A DNA stretch of 11,332 nt, taken from contig JAYQOK010000126.1 in NCBI GenBank assembly GCA_038144795.1, positions 1 to 11,332 of the forward strand. The letters run 5' to 3'. A program made the translations under genes and the position numbers. Below, in pieces: positions 1 to 8,500 of this stretch; position 1 is the stretch's first letter; every line of letters starts with the position of its first letter. The stretch comes from Candidatus Kuenenia sp. Lineage in GTDB: Bacteria; Planctomycetota; Planctomycetia; Pirellulales; UBA1268. Under the pieces are notes generated by a model, which was given only the letters and a program-made list of their open reading frames with translations, was not told the DNA's origin and ran no database searches.

Positions 1-2095
1 ACTGTGCATTCGTTACCTCATACACCCCAAGATAAAAAGGCTTCGTCAGCGTCACCTCGTGGGCATCTTCGTCTTCCCCCATCATGAACGTGCCCGCCGG
101 TAAGAGCTTCAACTGCATCCCAAGCGAATTGCGTAGCAGAGGCCGTGCAAGAATGTGTTCCCGTTTCAAGGAAAGTCGTAAGGGCTCCGCAATTCTCCGT
201 GCCTGAGCCACCAGTGCCTCTATTCCCGCATGGTTAGGATTGAGCGCTAGGTACTCCTCGCCCACGTCGAGAATCGTCAGCGCCTCCTCAGCACTGATCA
301 CCCCATCTGCCTTTGCGTCCTTGACGATCAAGACAAGCCGACTCTCAATCTCACCAATCTTCCGCACGCGACGGACCACCTCCAGCCCGGCTTCATCCAA
401 ATCCTCATCCACCACGCCCTTCACCGCCGCCAAGGCCGCTCGCGTGTCTCCCGCCTGCAGGGCGGTTTGTGCCCTGGTCACTCGGCCATCCCGGCGCTCC
501 ACCAACTGGCTCTGGATCTTTGCGATGTCCTTGCGATCGCCACGCAGGTCGCGGGCACGCGTCACCAACGGCAAAAGACCGTCATACTCCTTGCGCCCGA
601 TTCGATTCGTGATCTCATCAATAACATGAACGGATTCTGAGTACTGTTTTGCGCAGGTATCAAGCAAACGCGACACGTCACCAGTGCGAAGCCGCTCCGG
701 AATCGTCTCAAGAGCATGAATCGCAGCAAGGTAGTCAAACGCCTCGTGATGGGCTTTCGCTTCGCGAACCTTCTCCGCCACCGCCCGCTCCTGCCGAACC
801 CGCTCCTCGGCTACCTGTGTGCCAAACGACTGTGCCCACTCGGCAAGATCACTCAGGTGGGGTAACGCCTTCGACGCAATTTCTGCCGCGATTCTCGCCG
901 CCTCATCAAATGATAAGTCGGCCAGCAGGGCTTCTGCGGTCGACCGCTTCGCTATGAGCGACTCCCGCAACTCACCCAATAGCTGCGGCTGATTCCCACC
1001 GCATTCACCACACACAAGATCCCAGACCGGGATCTGAGACTCGCACTTCAAGCACGCCGTCCGCATCGCGGCTCCGCACGCCGGATTCCGGCAGAACTTC
1101 CGGGAGAAGTCGGTGTTGACCGTGCCGCAAGAAGAGCACTGCCCCTCTTGAAGTTCCCCTTCAGTCGCGGCCGGTGGCGGCTTCGTACCCGATGGGGTGT
1201 GCTGGACGCCTTTCAGCGCATCCCGCAACTCTCTTGCTGTCTGATATCGATCATCTTTGCGGTCCTCCAGTGCTTTTGTGAGCACATCTTCGAGCTCTGA
1301 AGGAACGTCCCTAAACCGAATGATCTTCGGGCTTCTGCCCGTCACCATCTGGTAGATAGTGGCGGCGAGGCTCCAGAGATCACTGCGGGCATCAACTTCA
1401 CTCGCATCCCGCCGCTGCTCTGGCGGCATGAAGTCGGGCGTGCCCATCACCGCGCCCGTCATCGTCATCTGGTGATCGGTGGCCTCAGCCTTGGCGAGAC
1501 CAAAGTCGGTAAGCTTGGGCAAACCATCCTTGTTAAGCAGCACATTCGCCGGCTTGATGTCGCGATGAATGATCCCGAGGTCGTGAGCCTTGGCGAGGCC
1601 GTCGCAGAGCTGGCAGGCCAGAGCCACGGCGTCTTCTAACGACAAAGCTCCTTCGCGGCAGCGGTCGAGCAGACTCCCGCCGTCCACGTATTCCATGATC
1701 AGAAACGGCCCGTCCTTGGCGCGGCCGTAGTCGTAGATCTGCACGATGTTTGGATGGTTCAAGGCGGCAATGGCCTTGGCCTCGGTGAGAAACCGCATGA
1801 TCGCGGTCTTGCTCCGGGCCGCTTCGCCCAAGATCCGCTTGATTGCCACCTTGCGGTCGAGCCGGGTATCGGTCGCGAGCAGCACCGCCCCCATGCCGCC
1901 TTGACCGAGCGTGCCCTCGACCTTGTAGCGGGCCTCAAGATCGACGACCTCGATGTCGTCGATCACCGTGTCTTGATCACCCAACCGGTCGCCAAGCGTC
2001 CGCTCGTCGCCCAGGCTCATCTCAGCGGTAGAGCGCCGCTTGGCTGCTCCAGCGAACGTGGCTTCGTCGCTAAGGCTTTTTTCGATGTCGTCCAT
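1..2095 (-). CDS. Hanks-type Ser/Thr protein kinase with a double zinc ribbon and a C-terminal FGE-sulfatase (formylglycine-generating-enzyme / SUMF1-like, C-type-lectin fold) domain. Partial: the 3' end lies beyond the window start.
   Basis: Minus-strand translation from ATG (complement of cat 2093..2095) gives MDDIEKSLSDEATF..., then GQGGMGAV (glycine loop), VAIK, HRDIKPANVLL (catalytic loop, complement of about 1554..1586), TDFGLAK (DFG motif, complement of about 1500..1522), then CSSCGTVNTD...CRNPAC...CLKCESQ...CGECGG (complement of about 1000..1150). It reaches the window edge as ...LKLLPAGTFMMGEDEDAHEVTLTKPFYLGVYEVTNAQ, a typical FGE-sulfatase domain start, with no stop through position 2. 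The plus-strand ORFs at 240..629 and 649..957 are low-complexity antisense artefacts. Confidence 0.9.
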   Translation of the reverse strand, partial: MDDIEKSLSDEATFAGAAKRRSTAEMSLGDERTLGDRLGDQDTVIDDIEVVDLEARYKVEGTLGQGGMGAVLLATDTRLDRKVAIKRILGEAARSKTAIMRFLTEAKAIAALNHPNIVQIYDYGRAKDGPFLIMEYVDGGSLLDRCREGALSLEDAVALACQLCDGLAKAHDLGIIHRDIKPANVLLNKDGLPKLTDFGLAKAEATDHQMTMTGAVMGTPDFMPPEQRRDASEVDARSDLWSLAATIYQMVTGRSPKIIRFRDVPSELEDVLTKALEDRKDDRYQTARELRDALKGVQHTPSGTKPPPAATEGELQEGQCSSCGTVNTDFSRKFCRNPACGAAMRTACLKCESQIPVWDLVCGECGGNQPQLLGELRESLIAKRSTAEALLADLSFDEAARIAAEIASKALPHLSDLAEWAQSFGTQVAEERVRQERAVAEKVREAKAHHEAFDYLAAIHALETIPERLRTGDVSRLLDTCAKQYSESVHVIDEITNRIGRKEYDGLLPLVTRARDLRGDRKDIAKIQSQLVERRDGRVTRAQTALQAGDTRAALAAVKGVVDEDLDEAGLEVVRRVRKIGEIESRLVLIVKDAKADGVISAEEALTILDVGEEYLALNPNHAGIEALVAQARRIAEPLRLSLKREHILARPLLRNSLGMQLKLLPAGTFMMGEDEDAHEVTLTKPFYLGVYEVTNAQ

Positions 2096-2263
2096 GATTT
2101 TGCACTCTCCGACGAGTTTCCTCGTCGTGATTCGTGGCTTCTCCCCGCGGCAGGCACACTCAGCCCTCGCTTCCCTCCAACGGGGGTCTTGGTTATAACC
2201 GTTGGATCGGTCTTACGCGATTGGATGGCTCTGGTTTCGCCCCACAAAGCAGGGAGCAAAGGG
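2096..2263. promoter_or_regulatory. Divergent intergenic or promoter region between the kinase (minus) and the SPFH gene (plus). It contains a perfect 7-bp inverted repeat, cgacgag-tttc-ctcgtcg, at 2110..2127.
   Basis: A 168-nt non-coding gap lies between two divergent start codons. The palindrome sits 15 to 32 nt upstream of the kinase ATG. An AGGGAG Shine-Dalgarno-like sequence (2251..2256) lies 7 nt before the 2264 ATG. Confidence 0.35.
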
Positions 2264-4414
2264 ATGTCTGCACCGCTCAAAAATCACCGCTGGTCAACGC
2301 CCGATGAGATCTTCGCCCGCAGCCTTACGCTGGGCGATGCCGAACTCCCCCGCGGCTGGACGAAAAACAGCGTCGTCATCGAGCCCGGCACCAGAGCTTG
2401 TGCCGTAGTCGATGGCAACTTCATCGGCGATCTCCCCGCCGGCGAGTTCACGTTTCATGACTTCCGCGACAAACTGCAGTTTTGGCGGAAAGGCGAAGCC
2501 ACGCTGCTGCTCACCCGAACCGACGTGGTGCGACTGCCGGTCGATTGCAAGGGCATCGTCAGCGCCGACGAGGTGCCGATGGATATCCGCGTCGATGTCG
2601 GCGTGCAGATCGACAACCCCGTCGCGTTCGTCAAGAACATGATGGGCCCTCGAAAAGACTACTCGGTCAAGGAGCTCGCCGAGCGGCTCACCCCGACGGT
2701 GCGGCAGGAGGCCTGGGCGGCTACGGCCCGGATGCGGGTCGATGATCTGCGGGGCCCCGCGATGGTGACGAGAGTCTCCCAGCAGATCGGCTCGGCGATC
2801 TCCGACACGTTCAAGCGGTACGGGCTGAAGGTCTTCAGCATCGAGGGCGTGCTTATGCAGCCCACAGGGATGGAGCGGCACTGGGACAAGGTCAAGGAAA
2901 ACAATATCGAGGTCGCCGACGAACGGCTGACAAACAAGCGGCTCGGCCAGGACATCGGCATCCAGGAAGAGCGGCTGCCACTCGAGGGCAAACTTCGCGA
3001 CCTCCAGCACACTGGCGAGCGGGCCGCCATGGAGTCAGATACGACCCACGAGACCGCCAAGCTTGCCCACGAGGTAAGTACGCTGAGTGACCGGATTCCG
3101 CTCTTTGAAAAACTTCGCGACGCCGCGATCTCCAACGAGTTTGACAAGGCAAAGAGTGCCGAGGAGCTCAAGCAGCTCCTCGCCGCCGTAGACAAGCAGC
3201 GGCTGCTCCGCAAGGAGGAAATGGAGCAGTTGGCCGAAGGCTTCGATGAGAGAAAGGCCGATCGACAGTCGCTGCGGGATCATATCGTCACTGTGCTCGA
3301 CATCAATCGGGAGCAGGAAGTTGATGCCCTCCGGCTCGCCGTCGAACACTCGCTCGCGATTGCCGCTAAGAAAAATGAACTAGAACTCGCCGAGGCGACC
3401 AACTCGGTGGAAAACCTGGAGTGGCGCAACGAGATCGCCCGTGAGATCGAACTCGCCGAGAAGCGTCGCGAAGAGCGGAAGAAAGATCTCGCTGCGAAGT
3501 GGGAACGCATCCGCGAGACCCAGCGGCAGAAGCAGGATTCGTCATGGGAGAAGCTGCTTCATGAGCAGCGTGAGGAGTCGATCCGCACCGAACTGGCCTA
3601 CAAGGAGGCGGAGCGAAAGCGGCGACTGCAGCTGCTCGAGGTGGAAAATGCCGCCGAGGTCGAGCGGCAGAAAATCGTCGCCGAGCGTCTGCGGCGGGAG
3701 TTCGAACTGGAAATCGGTTCCCGCGAGTCCGACGCCCAGTTTGACCGGCTGAAGCGTGTTCAGGACATGAACTTCGAGGGTCACGCCCGCCAGGCCCAAC
3801 TCGACGCCGAGCTCAAGAGCCAGGCCGAACAGCGGGCCAACACGCACGAGCTCGAGCGGCTGAAGACGATGGGCACGTTGAGTGCGGAAGCCCTGATCGC
3901 CACCAGCGGCACAGACAATGCCAAGGCTCTGGCCGACCTCAAGATCCAGGAGGCCAAATCACAGGCGGAGATTCAGGCGGCCAGTCGTGGGGATCAGGAG
4001 GCTCTCAACCAAGAACGGCTTCGTATGTATGAAAAACTCCACGAGGCCGAGCGGGGCAAGGCCGACGCGATCGCGAGCGTCTTCAATCAGGCGCTCAAGG
4101 GCCAGCAGGATGCCGTCGCCCAGATGATCGGCGGGTTGGCTGCGGCCCACACCCCGCCGCGGCCGGTTTCGCCAGCGGCTCCGCCTCCGGTCGGCACCGC
4201 GGTGGCAGAGTGGCATATCGCCATTGGCGGCAATCAAAGTGGTCCCCATTCCGCCCGGCAAGTTCAGGTGATGGTGCAGCAGGGCCAGCTCGGCACCGAT
4301 GTCCTCGTCTGGAAGGCCGGCATGGCCGGGTGGGTCGCGATCGTGGAGTGCGCGGAGTTTTCGAGTGCCTTTGCGACGGTGCCACCGGTGCCGCCGCCAC
4401 CGCCACGGGCGTGA
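2264..4414 (+). CDS. Soluble flotillin-like protein: N-terminal SPFH/band-7 domain, long E/R/K-rich coiled coil, proline-rich linker and a C-terminal DUF4339/GYF-like domain.
   Basis: Start chosen as ATG 2264 with an AGGGAG RBS. The ORF-track start at 1754 would overlap the opposite-strand kinase. SPFH-like segment: NSVVIEPGTRACAVVDGNFIGDLPAGEF...LLLTRTDVVRLPVDCKGIVSADEVPMDIRVDVGVQIDNPVAFVKNM...YGLKVFSIEGV. About 350 aa of heptad-like E/A/R/K/Q-rich sequence follow (about 2900..3950), then PPRPVSPAAPPPVG. The C-terminus reads WHIAIGGNQSGPHSARQVQVMVQQGQLGTDVLVWKAGMAGWVAIVE (DUF4339-like: W..GP...L..G.I..T.VW..GM..W). No TM segment was seen. Stop TGA at 4412..4414. Confidence 0.8.
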   Translation: MSAPLKNHRWSTPDEIFARSLTLGDAELPRGWTKNSVVIEPGTRACAVVDGNFIGDLPAGEFTFHDFRDKLQFWRKGEATLLLTRTDVVRLPVDCKGIVSADEVPMDIRVDVGVQIDNPVAFVKNMMGPRKDYSVKELAERLTPTVRQEAWAATARMRVDDLRGPAMVTRVSQQIGSAISDTFKRYGLKVFSIEGVLMQPTGMERHWDKVKENNIEVADERLTNKRLGQDIGIQEERLPLEGKLRDLQHTGERAAMESDTTHETAKLAHEVSTLSDRIPLFEKLRDAAISNEFDKAKSAEELKQLLAAVDKQRLLRKEEMEQLAEGFDERKADRQSLRDHIVTVLDINREQEVDALRLAVEHSLAIAAKKNELELAEATNSVENLEWRNEIAREIELAEKRREERKKDLAAKWERIRETQRQKQDSSWEKLLHEQREESIRTELAYKEAERKRRLQLLEVENAAEVERQKIVAERLRREFELEIGSRESDAQFDRLKRVQDMNFEGHARQAQLDAELKSQAEQRANTHELERLKTMGTLSAEALIATSGTDNAKALADLKIQEAKSQAEIQAASRGDQEALNQERLRMYEKLHEAERGKADAIASVFNQALKGQQDAVAQMIGGLAAAHTPPRPVSPAAPPPVGTAVAEWHIAIGGNQSGPHSARQVQVMVQQGQLGTDVLVWKAGMAGWVAIVECAEFSSAFATVPPVPPPPPRA

Positions 4415-4444
4415 TCACTGCATCGCTGATGACGGAAGGCTTGT

Positions 4445-5461
4445 ATGGACGCGGTTGATCTGGTGGTTTTACGCCCACGTCTGCTCGTTGACTGGGGCGA
4501 ACTGCCCCAGCTTGGCCGCGTGGCTAGGCCGCTTTTTAGCCTGCTCGGCCCGAGTGCCGCAGGGCGGCCAAGCGTGCAGGTGACCGTCGATCGCGGGCTC
4601 GATCATGACGCCACCGACCCCCTTCGGCAGGTGCGAACCGAGGAATCGGGTTTGTGGACTTTTTACGTGCCGTTCAGCCTCACAAGCAACGGCCTGCCGG
4701 CGCTTCCCGGGCTCTATGTGATCGATGTCGCCGTCACGTTTCCCCATGCGCTGGCCGGGCAGCCGCGATTCCTGCAGACGCGGATTCGCCTCAACATTCC
4801 AGACGCCAGCAGCGGTCAGCGGGAGCTCGTCATCGACGGCGATGGCCAGTCGGTAGTCAATCTCGCCGGCCACGATCTGCGGTCATTCAGCCGCGTCGTG
4901 CTCAAGGGAGACGACAGCGCGATCATCAACCTGCAAAACTTTTCACAGCAACAGGAGGAGGCGAAAGCGACCGAAGCACCGGTCGTCTTCGAATACGAAC
5001 TCAAGGTCAATCACGACATCCACGAGCGATTGCCCGAGATTGTCGAGGTCTCCCAGCCGAGCAAGACAGATGCTCTCTCGCTCATCTGTGGTGACCGCCG
5101 CATCCATGTGATCGCCAAGAAGCGTGCCACGCTGGGCCGGCAGCGGCGGCCGGAAAACGACATCTGCCTGCGGTTTCTTCCCCGGTCCGCCGAGCATGAT
5201 GAAGGAAGCCGCGCCATCTCAAGGACCCACATCGCTCTTGATCTCACCGACGACGGGCTGGTGCTGGTCGACGAAGGCTCCGCGAAGGGGGTTGACGTCG
5301 ACTGCGACCCCGTGAAGGGCGAAAAGACATTCACGTATCTCGACGCCCACGGCAGCCGCCACATCGACTTGCCATCCCCACTCTCGTCATCGCTGTCGCT
5401 CGAAATGAGCTCACGGTTTTTGGCCGTGATCCCGACGATCCAGATTTTCGTTCTGATCTGA
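4445..5461 (+). CDS. Protein with a C-terminal forkhead-associated (FHA) domain. The N-terminal roughly 210 aa have unknown function.
   Basis: FHA signature in the C-terminal third: ATLGRQRRPENDICL...GSRAISRTHIALDLTDDGLVLVDEGSAKGVDVDCDPVKGEKTFTYLDAHGSRHIDL. This gives the GR, the SR.H and the D.gS..G..V-like motifs in the expected order. GGAAGG lies 5 nt upstream of ATG 4445. GC3 bias is strong through about 5400. The last roughly 20 codons are S/L-rich and low-bias, so the exact C-terminus is uncertain. Confidence 0.65.
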   Translation: MDAVDLVVLRPRLLVDWGELPQLGRVARPLFSLLGPSAAGRPSVQVTVDRGLDHDATDPLRQVRTEESGLWTFYVPFSLTSNGLPALPGLYVIDVAVTFPHALAGQPRFLQTRIRLNIPDASSGQRELVIDGDGQSVVNLAGHDLRSFSRVVLKGDDSAIINLQNFSQQQEEAKATEAPVVFEYELKVNHDIHERLPEIVEVSQPSKTDALSLICGDRRIHVIAKKRATLGRQRRPENDICLRFLPRSAEHDEGSRAISRTHIALDLTDDGLVLVDEGSAKGVDVDCDPVKGEKTFTYLDAHGSRHIDLPSPLSSSLSLEMSSRFLAVIPTIQIFVLI

Positions 5462-5568
5462 AGTGGGATGACGTCTGCTTCGAGACGGCAGGCGAACCAG
5501 CCTCGAGGCTCTGGCAGGTCGCAAAATCGTCCGGCATCGAGACAGTTCGCCTGCGCAGGCTCAATAAT

Positions 5569-8500
5569 GTGGCCGATGAGGAATATGTCGTCCGCTACCG
5601 TCACGCCACGCTTGGCCGATCCGCCAAGGACCATGCGATCGCAATACCGATCCCCGATCACTTGAAGGGGGACCTGCGGCTGATCTACGCCGGGCGGATG
5701 TTCTGGTTGCACTCGGGGGGCCGAGCCGAGGTGGCAGTCGATGGCGAGCCGATCTCGGGGCCGTGCCTTGTGCCGCTGAGGTTCGGCCAGTGTCTGTCCA
5801 TCGATTCGCTGGTGATCCACGTAGCCCGTATGGCCCAGTGCCAGCTTGACGAGAATCCCATCCTGAAGGCCCCACCAGTCAGGCGCCCCGTTGTCCCCGC
5901 GCCACTGACACCGTCAGCCGCGATTCCTCCGCCATTGCCGCCGGCGATCGCAATCAAGGCGGGGCATTCCGAGCCGCCGCCATTGCCTCCGGTGACGCCG
6001 CTGCGGTCGGGCGGCCCGCCGCCCAGCGATCTGGCTCCAGTGGCGGCATCCTCCGGTGGCGCCCAGGCCGCTGCTGCCGATTCGATGGCCGTCGCCCCGC
6101 CCTCGAGTTCCATCGATCCGGTTCGCGATGCGCTCGCCTCGGTCGCCCTCATCACCTGCCGCGTGGGGCACGGGTCGGCCTTCATCGCAAAGCCCGGCCT
6201 GCTCGTTACCAACTACCATGTCATCGCCGACGATGCTGTCGAGGATCTCGCGGCGCTGTTTATTGATCCGGTGACCCACGCCCGCCGCGAATTCTGCGTG
6301 TCGCTTCTCGGTGAAGATCCCGAGCATGACATGGCGTTCTTGGCGGTCGATGCAGACCTGCCGCCGCTGGGGATCAGTTCACACTTCCAGCATCAAAACG
6401 GCCACCGCATCGTCGTCATCGGCAGCCCCGGGGTGGGCGGCAACGGCGAGCGGCTCGAAAATGTCGTCACCGACGGTCGGCTCGGGCCTGTGTACTCTGA
6501 TTTTGCATCGCCTTCCCGCTGGTCGCTCAGCATCACTCTCAATCCCGGCAACTCCGGTGGGCCGGTGCTCGACGCGCAGACGGGCGAAGTGCTAGGGGTC
6601 ACCGTCGCCAAGTTTACGACCGTGGAGGGCTTGGCTCTGGCCGTCCCCCACGACGTACTGACCAAGGGCCTTGAGCAGGCGGCCACCGCATCGGGTGACG
6701 AGATCGGCCGGGCCGAGTCAGCGCACCGGCAGCGCTATTGCCTCCGGAAGATCTCGGCGTTTGTGGCGAGCGCGAATGTCGCCTTGCACGAGTTTGCCGA
6801 GCATTGCGATCAGATCGAATACGGCATGACGACCGTCTCGGGCAACTCGCTGATCGGCAACGTTGGCAGCGGGTTTGCCAACAATGTTGTCGCCGCCCTC
6901 AATAACCTTGCGGAGGAGGTCGCCGGGCAGATCAATCGCCTGCAGGACGATCGCTGGTGCCGCACGGTGATCCGGGACGATTTTGCGCAGGCCTGGGCGA
7001 GCCTCGACGATCTGCGATACGCCCTTGCCGATGTTGCGCCATCCCGATCGCGGGCCCTGGTGCTCGAAAGTTTGGGGGCCACGCTCGCCGCGGTCGAGGA
7101 ACTGTGTGAATCGATCCGGATCGAAATTGATGGCTCGCTGCTCAGTGGCAAGACCGTCTTTGACGCCGCCACGGAATCATCGGCCGGCCATTCGCTCGCG
7201 CTGCAGCAGATCGCCATGGGGGGACACGTCGCCCGGAAGAAGCCCAAGCGGCGGTATCTCACCAAGTCGCGATTTACGATGGCCTGCACCTGCCCGACAA
7301 AGCTCTTCTACACGGCCAAGCCGGGAGAATACGCGAGCGTCTGGACCACCGATCCCTTGATGGAATCCCTCGCCAACGAGGGCAACCGGGTCGGGGCCCT
7401 GGCACGGCTCTATTTTCCTGAAGGCGTGCTCGTGGACACACTCGAGCATGACGAGGCGGTGCGGCAGACCGGTGCACTCCTCGAACAGCCTCAGGCGACG
7501 ATCTTCGAGGCGGCGATCCGCCACGGTGATCTCTTCATTCGGGCCGACGTGCTCGGTAAGACACCGACCGGCATCGATCTCTACGAGGTGAAGTCGAAGG
7601 GCTACTCCGAAGACGACGACGGCGACTTCACGACGAAGTTTGGTGTCGCCGCCGATTGGCTCCGATATATCCGCGACATCGCCTTCCAGAAGCATGTCGT
7701 GTCGCAGGCTTTCCCCGGTGTTTCTGTCCGGGCCCACCTTTACCTGCCGGATAAGTTCCGGGCGGCCGTCTCCGATGATCTCGCCATGAAGGCGGCGGCC
7801 CTGTTGAACGGTGAAGAAGCCTCCCTGACCGCCGAGGAGCTGGCGAGCCCGCTCTTGCGGGCGATCAATGTCGATGCCGTGTGTGATCTCGTGCTCAACG
7901 ACTCGTACACGCTCGGTGACAAAACCCTGTCGTTCGTTGAGTACGTGGCCGCCCTTGCCGACCACTACTGCCAGGATCAGAAGTTTCCGCCGCAGCTTTC
8001 CCCGACCTGTTTCACGTGCGAATTCGACGCGTCGGCGTTTGCCCTGGCCACGGGCGAGAAATCCGGGAAACGGGAGTGCTGGGCAAGCCTTCTGGGCTGG
8101 ACGGATCGAGACTTCGCCACGCCGCAGGTCTTCGAGATTGGCAATCTCCCGGCCGCCAAGAAGCGTTCGCTCCTCGAAGAGCGACGGCTTCACATGCACC
8201 AGCTCGAGGAGGCCGATATCGCACCACAGGCCGATGGGGAGCCGGGGCTGTCGCAATCGCAGCGGCAATGGATGCAGGTCACCAAGGCCGTCGGCGGCGA
8301 CACATCTTCGCACCTGGACCGCAATAATCTGCGGGCGGTCATGGTCGGCTGGAAGTATCCGCTCCACTTCATCGATTTCGAGACCTGCCGGGCCGTGATT
8401 CCGTTCCACCGCGGCAGTCGCTCCCGGGAGTTGGTGGCGTTTCAGTTTTCGCACCATGTGATGCATGCCGACGGGGCAGTCGAACACGCCGGTGAGTTTT

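Noticed and set aside
240-957. Plus-strand ORFs 240..629 and 649..957 from the ORF track.
   Set aside because: Their products are low-complexity S/R/T/P-rich. The opposite strand in the same region encodes a continuous kinase/zinc-ribbon/FGE protein with canonical motifs. They are antisense artefacts of high GC.
1754-2263. N-terminal extension of the SPFH ORF back to 1754, and the nested 1843..2031 ORF.
   Set aside because: It would overlap the first 340 nt of the opposite-strand kinase gene. ATG 2264 has an AGGGAG RBS and follows a clean divergent intergenic gap.
5461-5569. Frameshift fusion of the FHA gene and the protease-nuclease gene.
   Set aside because: GC3 bias supports the FHA frame to about 5400 and an independent stop at 5461. 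It is kept only as a low-interest finding about start ambiguity.
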